A program made the translations under genes and the position numbers. The notes beneath the pieces were generated by a model that saw only the letters and a list, made by a program, of their open reading frames with translations, searched no databases and had not been told where the DNA came from. A DNA stretch of 64,000 nucleotides from a virus: the IMG/VR virus record IMGVR_UViG_3300036828_000667, positions 49,839 through 113,838 of that record; one strand, 5' to 3'. Positions 56,209-64,000 of the stretch are shown here, in pieces (the first letter of the stretch is position 1; each line of letters opens with the position of its first letter).

Positions 56209-56335
56209 TAGTCAATTCCAGTTTTTTATTTAAAGGGGAACTTAGAAATAGGAAAAGCCTCTTGGCAAGGGTCATGCCAAGAGGCCTAGCAGGTATTTCA
56301 GCGATGACGCTCTCCTTCTATCCCTTGACTCCCCG

Positions 56336-56764
56336 CTATTGAATATCCTTCCAGATAACACGATTAACGATGTCGTGAATCGTGTTCACATGGATACCGT
56401 ACTTCCTAGCTAAAGCCACACTACTAGTAGCTCCACGAGAACTTTTGACATATAACTTTCTAATCTCCCGGACAATCTCAGGCGTCACCTTCACACTAAG
56501 ACTATTCACCCTCTTAGTTTGTATTGCGCCCTTATTATTCTCCTCAACTAAAGTAATCTCCACATTACCAACTGCATAAGGTCCTTTGTCTCCAAACCTA
56601 GCCATACAGTACTGACCATTTTTCTTACCTCGCTCAGAAAAGTGCCCGGAATCATTCCAAATCTTTTGCCATTCATCGAAAGACAACAAGAACGGGATTC
56701 CACGCCCTTTCGCTAGGTTCTTTTGATCCGTATACGCCTTCTTTACTAGATCACGATATGGCAT
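56336..56764 (-). CDS. HNH-like endonuclease
   Basis: A..RGI.F.L...EW...W, YCMAR.GD.GPY..GNV. Confidence 0.8.
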   Translation of the reverse strand: MPYRDLVKKAYTDQKNLAKGRGIPFLLSFDEWQKIWNDSGHFSERGKKNGQYCMARFGDKGPYAVGNVEITLVEENNKGAIQTKRVNSLSVKVTPEIVREIRKLYVKSSRGATSSVALARKYGIHVNTIHDIVNRVIWKDIQ

Positions 56765-56996
56765 AATGACTCAACTTGTGAGACCAGTGTTCGTGGTGAA
56801 AGTAGCTGGCGGTCAAACGCGCTACGAACTTGCTCCCGCCAACGCCGAACCTTATTCCTACCGGGACAATGGACCACCAGATAGGTGGAATTCTTAGCAT
56901 CGTCCTACTTCTCTCACGGACCTCTTGGGGACTAAGCGGCTACGTACCTTACTGGTCTCGCAGGTTTAGTTCTCCTTTCCTTTTCTTGTAACCATC

Positions 56997-57025
56997 ATAT
57001 AGTCTATTGGATGTTGGATTGCAAG
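56997..57025 (-). promoter_or_regulatory. Sigma70-type promoter
   Basis: CTTGCA-N17-CTATAT, near copy of 56180-56208. Confidence 0.8.
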
Positions 57026-57320
57026 ATGGGAACTCAAATTTCTTTCATGAAGGGAACTCGCCAGTGCCTGGGCTGTAGTCCGGGGGAGTCCGATCAGGCT
57101 AGATGGCCTCAGGGAGGCCCGTAGGAGCCTCACTGGTGAGACTTTCCAGGGTCCCGGCTACCACCCTAGCTGGAAGGGGGTGGCTCTCGCCCACGGCCTT
57201 CATACGCCAGCCTGGAGGCATGACATCCTGGAGTTGAAACCTCGTCGAGGACATCTATTGGTTGGTCTCATTGATATCATTAGGATTTTTCCTCCAGGTC
57301 AAAAATACATCTAACGGCTA

Positions 57321-57349
57321 CTTGAAAAGACCGTATGCAGTCACCATAT
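57321..57349 (+). promoter_or_regulatory. Sigma70-type early promoter
   Basis: CTTGAA-N17-CCATAT. Confidence 0.7.
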
Positions 57350-57492
57350 CTAGTTCATACAGAGACACTACATAGAAAGGTTACCAAATGTTCCCGGTTC
57401 TGATCGTTCTTGTCGCCGTCGCCTTTGCAGGCTACAATGTCCTCATGGATGGCGCTGCCTAAGCCCTTCACCCCTTTCAAGGAACCCTACTA

Positions 57493-57690
57493 ATGAACCA
57501 CATTGCAAAGCTCACTAAAGACCGGAACGACCTTCGTGATAAGCTGGCCGCCATCCGGGAAGAACTGGCAACCCTGGAAAGCTACTATACCAGCAGCAAG
57601 TTCTCTTGGCCAGACAATGACTACGCTCATGTCCGGACCGATCTTCTCCCCCGACTGTCCACTTTGAAGTCCTTAGCAATCGAGGACTAA
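57493..57690 (+). CDS. Small hypothetical early protein
   Basis: AAGGA RBS; terminator follows. Confidence 0.7.
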   Translation: MNHIAKLTKDRNDLRDKLAAIREELATLESYYTSSKFSWPDNDYAHVRTDLLPRLSTLKSLAIED

Positions 57691-57758
57691 TCCCCAGGCC
57701 CTTGTGCAGTGCACAAGGGCTTTTCATTTAGACTAGAAAATAAAGGTAGCCTTTACCT

Positions 57759-57787
57759 CTTGCAAAGACCGTATCTAATCACTACAT
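57759..57787 (+). promoter_or_regulatory. Sigma70-type early promoter
   Basis: CTTGCA-N17-CTACAT. Confidence 0.75.
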
Positions 57788-57808
57788 CTAGAGCATAGGA
57801 GAAACGAT

Positions 57809-58171
57809 ATGAACCGGATCGAAATAAAATCGTGGCGTAAAGACCCCACCATTGTCAAGCTGGTCAAAGCCACTTTTCCCAACTATAACAAGCGGGCAGT
57901 CTACATCACGACCTCTGAAACTGTTACACTTTATGACCTCAACTGGTCTGGTGGAACTCGGAGCGAGTACAAGGTTAGCACCTTGGACGGCGAGCCTAGA
58001 GGCAACTCGGACAAATACAACGCAATCGCGCCATGGGAAAACCCCGCGGAAGGCAAGGAACTTCCCATCCCACCCGGCTTTGTAGTGGTCGAAGGTGGTT
58101 ACTTCTGCGGTAAGGAACGTGCATTGACCATCCACGTCAACCCGGCCGATATGCCCAAATACTTGACGTGA
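57809..58171 (+). CDS. Conserved hypothetical early protein
   Basis: AGGAG RBS; WSGG.R..Y and F.GK motifs. Confidence 0.8.
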   Translation: MNRIEIKSWRKDPTIVKLVKATFPNYNKRAVYITTSETVTLYDLNWSGGTRSEYKVSTLDGEPRGNSDKYNAIAPWENPAEGKELPIPPGFVVVEGGYFCGKERALTIHVNPADMPKYLT

Positions 58172-58238
58172 ACTCCAGCCCTTGGCACTAGCCAAGGGCT
58201 TTTTTTCATTAGACTAGAAGAGAAATTTGAATTTCCAT

Positions 58239-58266
58239 CTTGCGGTTAGATATAAAGTCACTATAT
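58239..58266 (+). promoter_or_regulatory. Sigma70-type early promoter
   Basis: CTTGCG-N16-CTATAT. Confidence 0.65.
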
Positions 58267-58290
58267 CAGTTCTGTACAAGGAGACACGTT

Positions 58291-58902
58291 ATGGACAAGC
58301 TCTTAAACAACTCAGTTGACCTCGAAAGCCTTTTCGACCTCAGCTTCGACACTTCCACTACCGATACGACTACTACGATTGATTTGACGTGGAAGACCCT
58401 GAAATGCCACAAGTGCAATGGCACTGGCAACTTCATCGGCTACACTGGTCGAATTGTTGGCCCCTGCTTCACTTGTAACGGCAAGGGTATCAAAAAGGAA
58501 AAGCCCGCTCCGGTCGCTGGCAACACTGTGGACGTAAGCAAGATTGTCACAGCGCTCAACACGGCCTTTTCCAACGGCAAAAAACGGCCTAAGCTCTCCC
58601 TCGGAGCGTTCACGTTCTCCAGGGCACCTGACACCGGCAAAAACCCCGGAGCGATCTACGTGAAGAAAGGTATGAAGTATCTGGGAAAGGTTACGGAGGG
58701 TGAGTTCCATCCTGTTCGAGATTGTGATGACGACACCACTAAGGCCGTCATCGAGGTTGCCTCTAAGCCGATGGAAGCGGCTATCGCCTTCGGACGGACC
58801 ACCGGCAACTGTGCTTGTTGTGGCAAGGAGTTAACAAACCCTGAGTCCATCAAGCGTAAGATCGGTCCGATTTGTGCCGAGAAGTTTGGCTTCATCTTCT
58901 AA
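58291..58902 (+). CDS. Zn-finger protein with DUF6011-like C-terminus
   Basis: CHKCNGTG..CFTCNGKG; CACCGKELTNPESI...IGPICA; AAGGAG RBS. Confidence 0.8.
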   Translation: MDKLLNNSVDLESLFDLSFDTSTTDTTTTIDLTWKTLKCHKCNGTGNFIGYTGRIVGPCFTCNGKGIKKEKPAPVAGNTVDVSKIVTALNTAFSNGKKRPKLSLGAFTFSRAPDTGKNPGAIYVKKGMKYLGKVTEGEFHPVRDCDDDTTKAVIEVASKPMEAAIAFGRTTGNCACCGKELTNPESIKRKIGPICAEKFGFIF

Positions 58903-59378
58903 AGACCTTGGCCCCTGGAACTCCCCCAGGGGCTTTTTATTTGACCGTAGAAAATAAAATAGCTAAAGCCTCTTGTAAGACTACTAGCAATGACCATATT
59001 CAAGAGACCAGAAACGATACACAGCGAGTTGACTACAATGTTAGGACTTCTTATAACCGTATCCCTTCTCTGCTTGATTTCAACATCTGCGATCGAGGCA
59101 TAAGGTCACAGGAAAAGGAAACATACATGAAAACGTACAGTGTCAGATCCCTTGATGAACTCGCCGAAGTGTTCGAAATGTTCGCAAAGAACGTTGAGAA
59201 CTCCCCTCTACAAACCACGAAACGCACAAAGGAACTCGTGGCGATGGAAGCAGCGACATGGCGAAATGCTGCAGAGGTCATAAGGGATACCATCCTCGAA
59301 ACAAACCCCTTACCGATCATAGAACTCAACGAAGGCAGCAAGAAATCTCTTGCCCGTGCCCTGAAAGGAAACCCATAA
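58872..59378 (+). CDS. Hypothetical protein (true start probably the internal MKTYSV)
   Basis: AAGGA before the internal ATG; the 5' part of the track ORF crosses a terminator and promoter. Confidence 0.5.
   Translation: MCREVWLHLLKTLAPGTPPGAFYLTVENKIAKASCKTTSNDHIQETRNDTQRVDYNVRTSYNRIPSLLDFNICDRGIRSQEKETYMKTYSVRSLDELAEVFEMFAKNVENSPLQTTKRTKELVAMEAATWRNAAEVIRDTILETNPLPIIELNEGSKKSLARALKGNP
58972..58999 (+). promoter_or_regulatory. Sigma70-type early promoter
   Basis: CTTGTA-N16-CCATAT. Confidence 0.55.
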
Positions 59379-59549
59379 AATGGACCCCCAGGCTTGTTTG
59401 AACGACCTCTTGACCGCAGTCCACGACGGGGATTGCGATCTCGCCAGCGACCTTCTCGACGGTTTGCTGAGTTGGTTTGCCAAGGATGGCTTCATGCCTA
59501 GTGTTGCCGTAGCACTCGACAAGGTACAGGATCGGATTAACGAAAGGAG

Positions 59550-59780
59550 ATGCGTGTGACATACCCTGTTATACCTTGGGAAGAGGCCCTAGCCTTGCTG
59601 AAGTCGATTCAGGATGCTCTAGGAACTGACGAGACTGGGGAAAACCTAGTTGCCGTCGCCAGTGACGCCCATAGGGCAGAGCAAGAGCTAGCTGCCTTGA
59701 GAAGTAGAACACGGTCCGATCCTAATAAATTACAGAAAGGACTAAAAAACTCAAACTTCCCTCTTGCAAAAACCAGCTAG
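59550..59780 (+). CDS. Hypothetical protein
   Basis: AAGGAG RBS. Confidence 0.55.
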   Translation: MRVTYPVIPWEEALALLKSIQDALGTDETGENLVAVASDAHRAEQELAALRSRTRSDPNKLQKGLKNSNFPLAKTS

Positions 59781-59791
59781 ATAGACTACAT
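59763..59791 (+). promoter_or_regulatory. Sigma70-type early promoter
   Basis: CTTGCA-N17-CTACAT. Confidence 0.7.
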
Positions 59792-59946
59792 TACAAACAC
59801 AGGACGGAGACATAGGAAGGTGACGCAGTTTATACCCAAACGTGAACCTACCGATACTGCGGTAGTCCCATAGACGATTGGGTATAGCCAGCGACACCGC
59901 TGATCACAACGAGCCAATATGTAGCTCAAAACGATAGGAGTAACAC

Positions 59947-60960
59947 ATGGACAATATTGATATGACCAATAATCGGGCTAATATGGCCTTTTTGGGGGAC
60001 CGGAATAACATCTGGCACCGCATGGGCGAAGAGATGAAAGAGGGTATGACCACTAAGGAGTGGGCAAAGTCCTCCGGTTTGACCTGGACCGCCGAAAAGG
60101 TTCCTGCTTTCGCCCAGCTTGACGATCGGTTCCCTAATGCGGGACTGGTTAAGGCAGATGGCCGGTATTTCCTCTGTCGGAATGACAATGGTTATATCTT
60201 GTCACCTACCACGGTATCGAATGTCTATCAGGCCGTTCAGCCTGCGGACCTTCTCGCTTGGTTCGATCGGTACGTCTCAGTTGACAGTCGTTTCAAGCTT
60301 GACGTTTGTGGTAGCCTGAAAAAGGGCGAGATCATCTGGGCCACGGCAGTTTATCAGGAACCGGTGGAAGTAGCTGGAGATAAGCATGTCATGCGGCTTC
60401 TTATGACTACCACGTTTGACGGTAGTGGTGCTACGATCAATAAGGGCTGTACAGAACGAGTGGTCTGCAATAATACTCTGGACGTGGCTCTTGGTGAAAA
60501 GCATACCCCCGTCATTCGGACTCGGCATAATACCAAGTTCGATCCGGCAAAGGTTGCCAAGGAATTGGCAGCTGTTGCACAGGGCTTCACCTACTATAAG
60601 AAAATGGGCGATGCTCTAGCTCAGAACGAAATGGCTAAGGAAGAGGTTTCCAGGTTCTTCAAAAGTCTCTTGGACATTCCTTTTGAAGCCAAACCCGATG
60701 ATGTATCTACACGTAAGCTCAATCAGTTCGAAGCTTTGAGTGATGCTTACCGAACTAGCCGGGAGGAAGGTGCCACAGGTGCATGGGCTTCACTTCAGGC
60801 GGTGACCCGGTACTGCGATCATGATCGATCGGTCAAGGCGGTTGGTAGTGATGCTACTGAGTCTAGGTTTCTTAGTAGCCAATTCGGTTCGGGCCACCTA
60901 CTAAAAGCAAAGGCGGTTGGCCTTCTCATGCCAAGGATAAAGGATAAGATCCTGGCCTGA
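59947..60960 (+). CDS. DUF932-family (LGT_TIGR03299-like) protein
   Basis: WH.MG, Y..VQ, GSL..G..IW, FDG, RVVC.NTL, RH. Confidence 0.88.
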   Translation: MDNIDMTNNRANMAFLGDRNNIWHRMGEEMKEGMTTKEWAKSSGLTWTAEKVPAFAQLDDRFPNAGLVKADGRYFLCRNDNGYILSPTTVSNVYQAVQPADLLAWFDRYVSVDSRFKLDVCGSLKKGEIIWATAVYQEPVEVAGDKHVMRLLMTTTFDGSGATINKGCTERVVCNNTLDVALGEKHTPVIRTRHNTKFDPAKVAKELAAVAQGFTYYKKMGDALAQNEMAKEEVSRFFKSLLDIPFEAKPDDVSTRKLNQFEALSDAYRTSREEGATGAWASLQAVTRYCDHDRSVKAVGSDATESRFLSSQFGSGHLLKAKAVGLLMPRIKDKILA

Positions 60961-61194
60961 TCCCAGAAATGAAAAACTGCCCCGGCACGTATGCCGAGGC
61001 ATCTACACTAGGGAGGCGTTCACATGACTTGGCTTGTAGTAGGCTATTTTCCATCAGGTTTTAAGACAGTATGCCCTATAGAGTTCGATACCAAGGCAGA
61101 GCAAGCCCGTGATGTTTCAGAACAGTTAGAAGCACCAAGCTGTCGATTTGTAGTCGAAGAAAAGAAGGAACAATCACGTCATTAAAGGATAAGG

Positions 61195-62082
61195 TTGACG
61201 CCCATGCTGTGTGATACAATGATAGGAGCGGATTACCTACGCAAAGGATACCCTGGATTCGAGATCACCCAGAAAGCAATTGCCAGGGCCAACAAGTTTG
61301 TACTAGCACCAGATATTGCGGCAGGTACTGACGGACTCACGAACAATCGCCCACAGCTAGCACGTATAGCGCCCTTCTGTCGATTACCATTCCCCTTCTG
61401 TTGGTTCGAATTGGCCCAAGCCGATCGGCCACACTTTATGGCCGCTGGCGTACACCATCCTGGCTACCAGACTAAGCCAGTACGTATTGGATTCCTATGC
61501 ATATCCTATGCAGATGATATACTATGGCGATGGCGTACTACGCTATGTTGGTCGCTTCGTGACCCACGTAGTACATACGAAGCAAACGCAAGTATGCTAG
61601 GAATAGAGTTCAATACCAAAGACCCTATCAATGACCCAGCAACTTCAAACCTAGGCGAGATCGGTAAATACGTAAAACCACACTGGTCACCATTCTGCCC
61701 ACTACTATTACGTAGTCTTGAGAAAATCACAGAACTAAACGCTTCGGACTGGGGAGGTGAGATACAATACTTAATAGCTCTTCTCGGCTTGCTCAATAGC
61801 CGTAATGTCGCGGAACACCATGAAGTTGACAACAGTGCATATAACAAGAAACGTACAAAACAAGGTAAGTCGCCACTATCGTCTCACACTCTTTTGAAGA
61901 TCAGGGCAATCCATAGACACTCTTTCACACGTCCAGGTCGCCCGCCGTCAAGCTCTGAAGAAATCAGAAAACATTTCGTTGTTGGCCATTGGAAAACAAG
62001 AAAAACAGGATTATTCTGGTGGAACCCATTCATGCGAGGGAAGCGTGGTCTCGTTACACATGATTACCTGTTAACAGAGTAG
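61195..62082 (+). CDS. Conserved phage protein (RLPF / R.H.V.GH family)
   Basis: RLPFPFCWFE, N.KR...GK.PL, RKHFVVGHWK. Confidence 0.8.
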   Translation: MTPMLCDTMIGADYLRKGYPGFEITQKAIARANKFVLAPDIAAGTDGLTNNRPQLARIAPFCRLPFPFCWFELAQADRPHFMAAGVHHPGYQTKPVRIGFLCISYADDILWRWRTTLCWSLRDPRSTYEANASMLGIEFNTKDPINDPATSNLGEIGKYVKPHWSPFCPLLLRSLEKITELNASDWGGEIQYLIALLGLLNSRNVAEHHEVDNSAYNKKRTKQGKSPLSSHTLLKIRAIHRHSFTRPGRPPSSSEEIRKHFVVGHWKTRKTGLFWWNPFMRGKRGLVTHDYLLTE

Positions 62083-62088
62083 ACAACA

Positions 62089-62160
62089 ATGACTGAAATC
62101 TGGAAGGACATTGCAGACTGGCCCGCGAGGATTAATAAGAATGCTCGCAACCAAATATAA
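62089..62160 (+). pseudogene. 5' relic of a NUMOD4-HNH gene
   Basis: MTEIWKDIADWP matches GEIWKDISDWP of 45776-46294, then stops after 23 aa. Confidence 0.55.
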
Positions 62161-62202
62161 CGTTAGCTCTCCTTGCATATCTATGATACGTAGTAACAAG
62201 CG

Positions 62203-62469
62203 ATGGAATACATGACAGGAGTAGTAATGACTAAAGCTGAATTGCACAACGCTCTTAGAATACTGCGATCAATAGACCTGTTCGAGCTACAGGAAGTTGG
62301 ATTATGGGTTGATCCAGATGCACTAGCTACGAAACGATGGGAATCATTCCGAGATAACCCATACGAGTTCTTCATCAGGTGTGATGACGATACCGTGGAC
62401 AAAATATGGTCTATAGTCCAACGCCGATCGGAGAAGAAACCACCAGTACCCTCAATTCGGAGAAAGTAA
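62203..62469 (+). CDS. Hypothetical protein
   Basis: AGGAG before MTKAEL. Confidence 0.7.
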   Translation: MEYMTGVVMTKAELHNALRILRSIDLFELQEVGLWVDPDALATKRWESFRDNPYEFFIRCDDDTVDKIWSIVQRRSEKKPPVPSIRRK

Positions 62470-62919
62470 ATGCAATTCGCTGCAATCAAACCTAAACTAC
62501 AAGTATTAGAATGGATCAACACCGACACGCTAAAAACCGCGGAATTAGCGTGTGGATTAACTAGTGTAGATCACGGTGTATTCTGGCGTAAGGATGACGG
62601 GCTAGGATTAGGCTATACGGTCTACGAATATGCACTATATGAACCACGTCCAGAAGAACAGAGCTATGCAGCTGTGTTTGGAACGTTCATTGCAGGCAAT
62701 GCCATAGTCTATGCTTTCGATGCCAGTGGAGAGACGATTCCAGTTACCTCGGAAATGATCTCATTAAAGGATATCAAATGGTTACCAGACCTACTTAGGG
62801 CTGAATTAGCAATCGCACATAGGATAGTAAAAAGGCCTATGATTGCTGTTAATGGTAAGGTCTTGTGGAGATGGCCAGAACCCAAGCCGGATCTAGATCA
62901 CATCGCTGAATTAATCTGA
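62470..62919 (+). CDS. Hypothetical protein
   Basis: Directly abuts the previous stop. Confidence 0.75.
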   Translation: MQFAAIKPKLQVLEWINTDTLKTAELACGLTSVDHGVFWRKDDGLGLGYTVYEYALYEPRPEEQSYAAVFGTFIAGNAIVYAFDASGETIPVTSEMISLKDIKWLPDLLRAELAIAHRIVKRPMIAVNGKVLWRWPEPKPDLDHIAELI

Positions 62920-63196
62920 TGAGATTAAAAATGAGAAAGATGGGACCAAAGCCAGAATAACTAAGTTGGACAAGGGAAAGGACAGATGAAAACCGAGTAC
63001 ATTGTATCTCTCATTTTATTGTTGTTTGTAACTTGTTTAATCCTTTCATTAGCATACGAAGTCTTACACTTACGACACTAGACGCGATCCATCTTCCTGA
63101 ATATTGTAACTCCGACAGGAAGATGGCTAGGGGTTGGTGTGGAGGTCATCCCCCTGTGCGCCAACCCCGACCCTAACAACCAAAGAGGAAAGACCT

Positions 63197-64000
63197 ATGA
63201 ATGAGATGTTCGATATAGAATCGATCATGCTTAATAGACAACGAGAAATTATCTCTGAAATAGAGAAACTACATATTGAGAGTACTGAGATTGATACTAC
63301 TCTCCGAGTGATAAAACGATATAAGGTAATGAAGCCAAGACAAGAGACGGAGAAAGGTCCCGATCCAAAACCAGATTCAGAACACAAAGAACCAGAAGAA
63401 CCTGAACCAGAAATTACGCAACCTATCTATTCCAACCGTAAGGAACGTCGTAGGTATGAACGAGCTAGAAAATGTCTAGATAAGTTCGTTGAACCAAAAG
63501 GTCCACACCCAACAATAACCAGAAAACCACGTGAACCACGTAAACCAAGATCACCAACAAAACCACAAGAGCCACAAATAGAAGTTGGCTCAGAGAAATT
63601 GATAGTTGATAAGATCAATGGCGAAGATGTTCTTTTTGAAATAGAAGAATTTTACGGCCAGTTCAATTTTAGAGACACGATCTTAGATCAGTTGGATAGA
63701 TACTTCTTTTACTTGTCAAGAATGAAAAAATCAGATCCTGAAGCATTTGAACTGTATTCTAAAGTCGGAGGATCAATCCTTCCATATATAAGTACATGGA
63801 TCGAGGGAGAAGACGAAAAAACAATTGATGTTGAGAAACTGAAGAGTAGGATCAAAGTACCAGCTTGGTTTAATCAACAGAGACCAGCATTTGGCTGCAT
63901 TGCTTGGGGTGCTGATCCAAGATCAGAACAGTTCGAAAAGAAACATACTGTTGGCAAATACCACATGTACGTGCCAACAGTATGTTTCTTTTCGAACTGT
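63197..64000 (+). CDS. Hypothetical protein, runs off the window end
   Basis: GAGGA RBS; open frame MNEMFDIESI... with Pro/Glu-rich linker. Confidence 0.7.
   Translation, partial: MNEMFDIESIMLNRQREIISEIEKLHIESTEIDTTLRVIKRYKVMKPRQETEKGPDPKPDSEHKEPEEPEPEITQPIYSNRKERRRYERARKCLDKFVEPKGPHPTITRKPREPRKPRSPTKPQEPQIEVGSEKLIVDKINGEDVLFEIEEFYGQFNFRDTILDQLDRYFFYLSRMKKSDPEAFELYSKVGGSILPYISTWIEGEDEKTIDVEKLKSRIKVPAWFNQQRPAFGCIAWGADPRSEQFEKKHTVGKYHMYVPTVCFFSNC

Noticed and set aside
59895-59935. Hammerhead ribozyme core
   Set aside because: CTGATCA and AAAA do not match the required CUGANGA and GAAA

Overview
This window is 64 kb of a large dsDNA phage genome. Repeated CTTG(A/C)N-N16/17-CTA(T/C)AT sigma70-type promoters point to an alphaproteobacterial, Rhizobiales-like host. 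Positions 1-18.5 kb are an accessory region of small genes. Positions 18.5-56 kb are a leftward block containing the terminase, DnaB, RusA-like resolvase, UDG-fused PolA, endolysin, flap exonuclease, RecA, SSB, primase, HU, a fused SbcD-SbcC, an SF2 helicase, ParB and many free-standing HNH nucleases. Positions 57-64 kb are promoter/terminator-bounded early-type cassettes. The main result is a candidate RNA-guided system. A stand-alone RAMP/Cas7-like gene (13696-14337) and a truncated paralog are surrounded by about 20 non-coding units built from 5-nt periods: three variable bases plus a mostly CC dinucleotide. Deleting the fixed dinucleotides turns each unit into contiguous sequence. Four units decode to the peptide of the adjacent gene (RAMP N-terminus, RAMP C-terminus, terminase C-terminus, gene 6755-7345), while the resident copies are synonymously recoded at most possible positions. 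This suggests guides aimed at sibling-phage alleles, linked to immune self alleles. All decoding was done by hand, and family calls are motif-based rather than database-verified.
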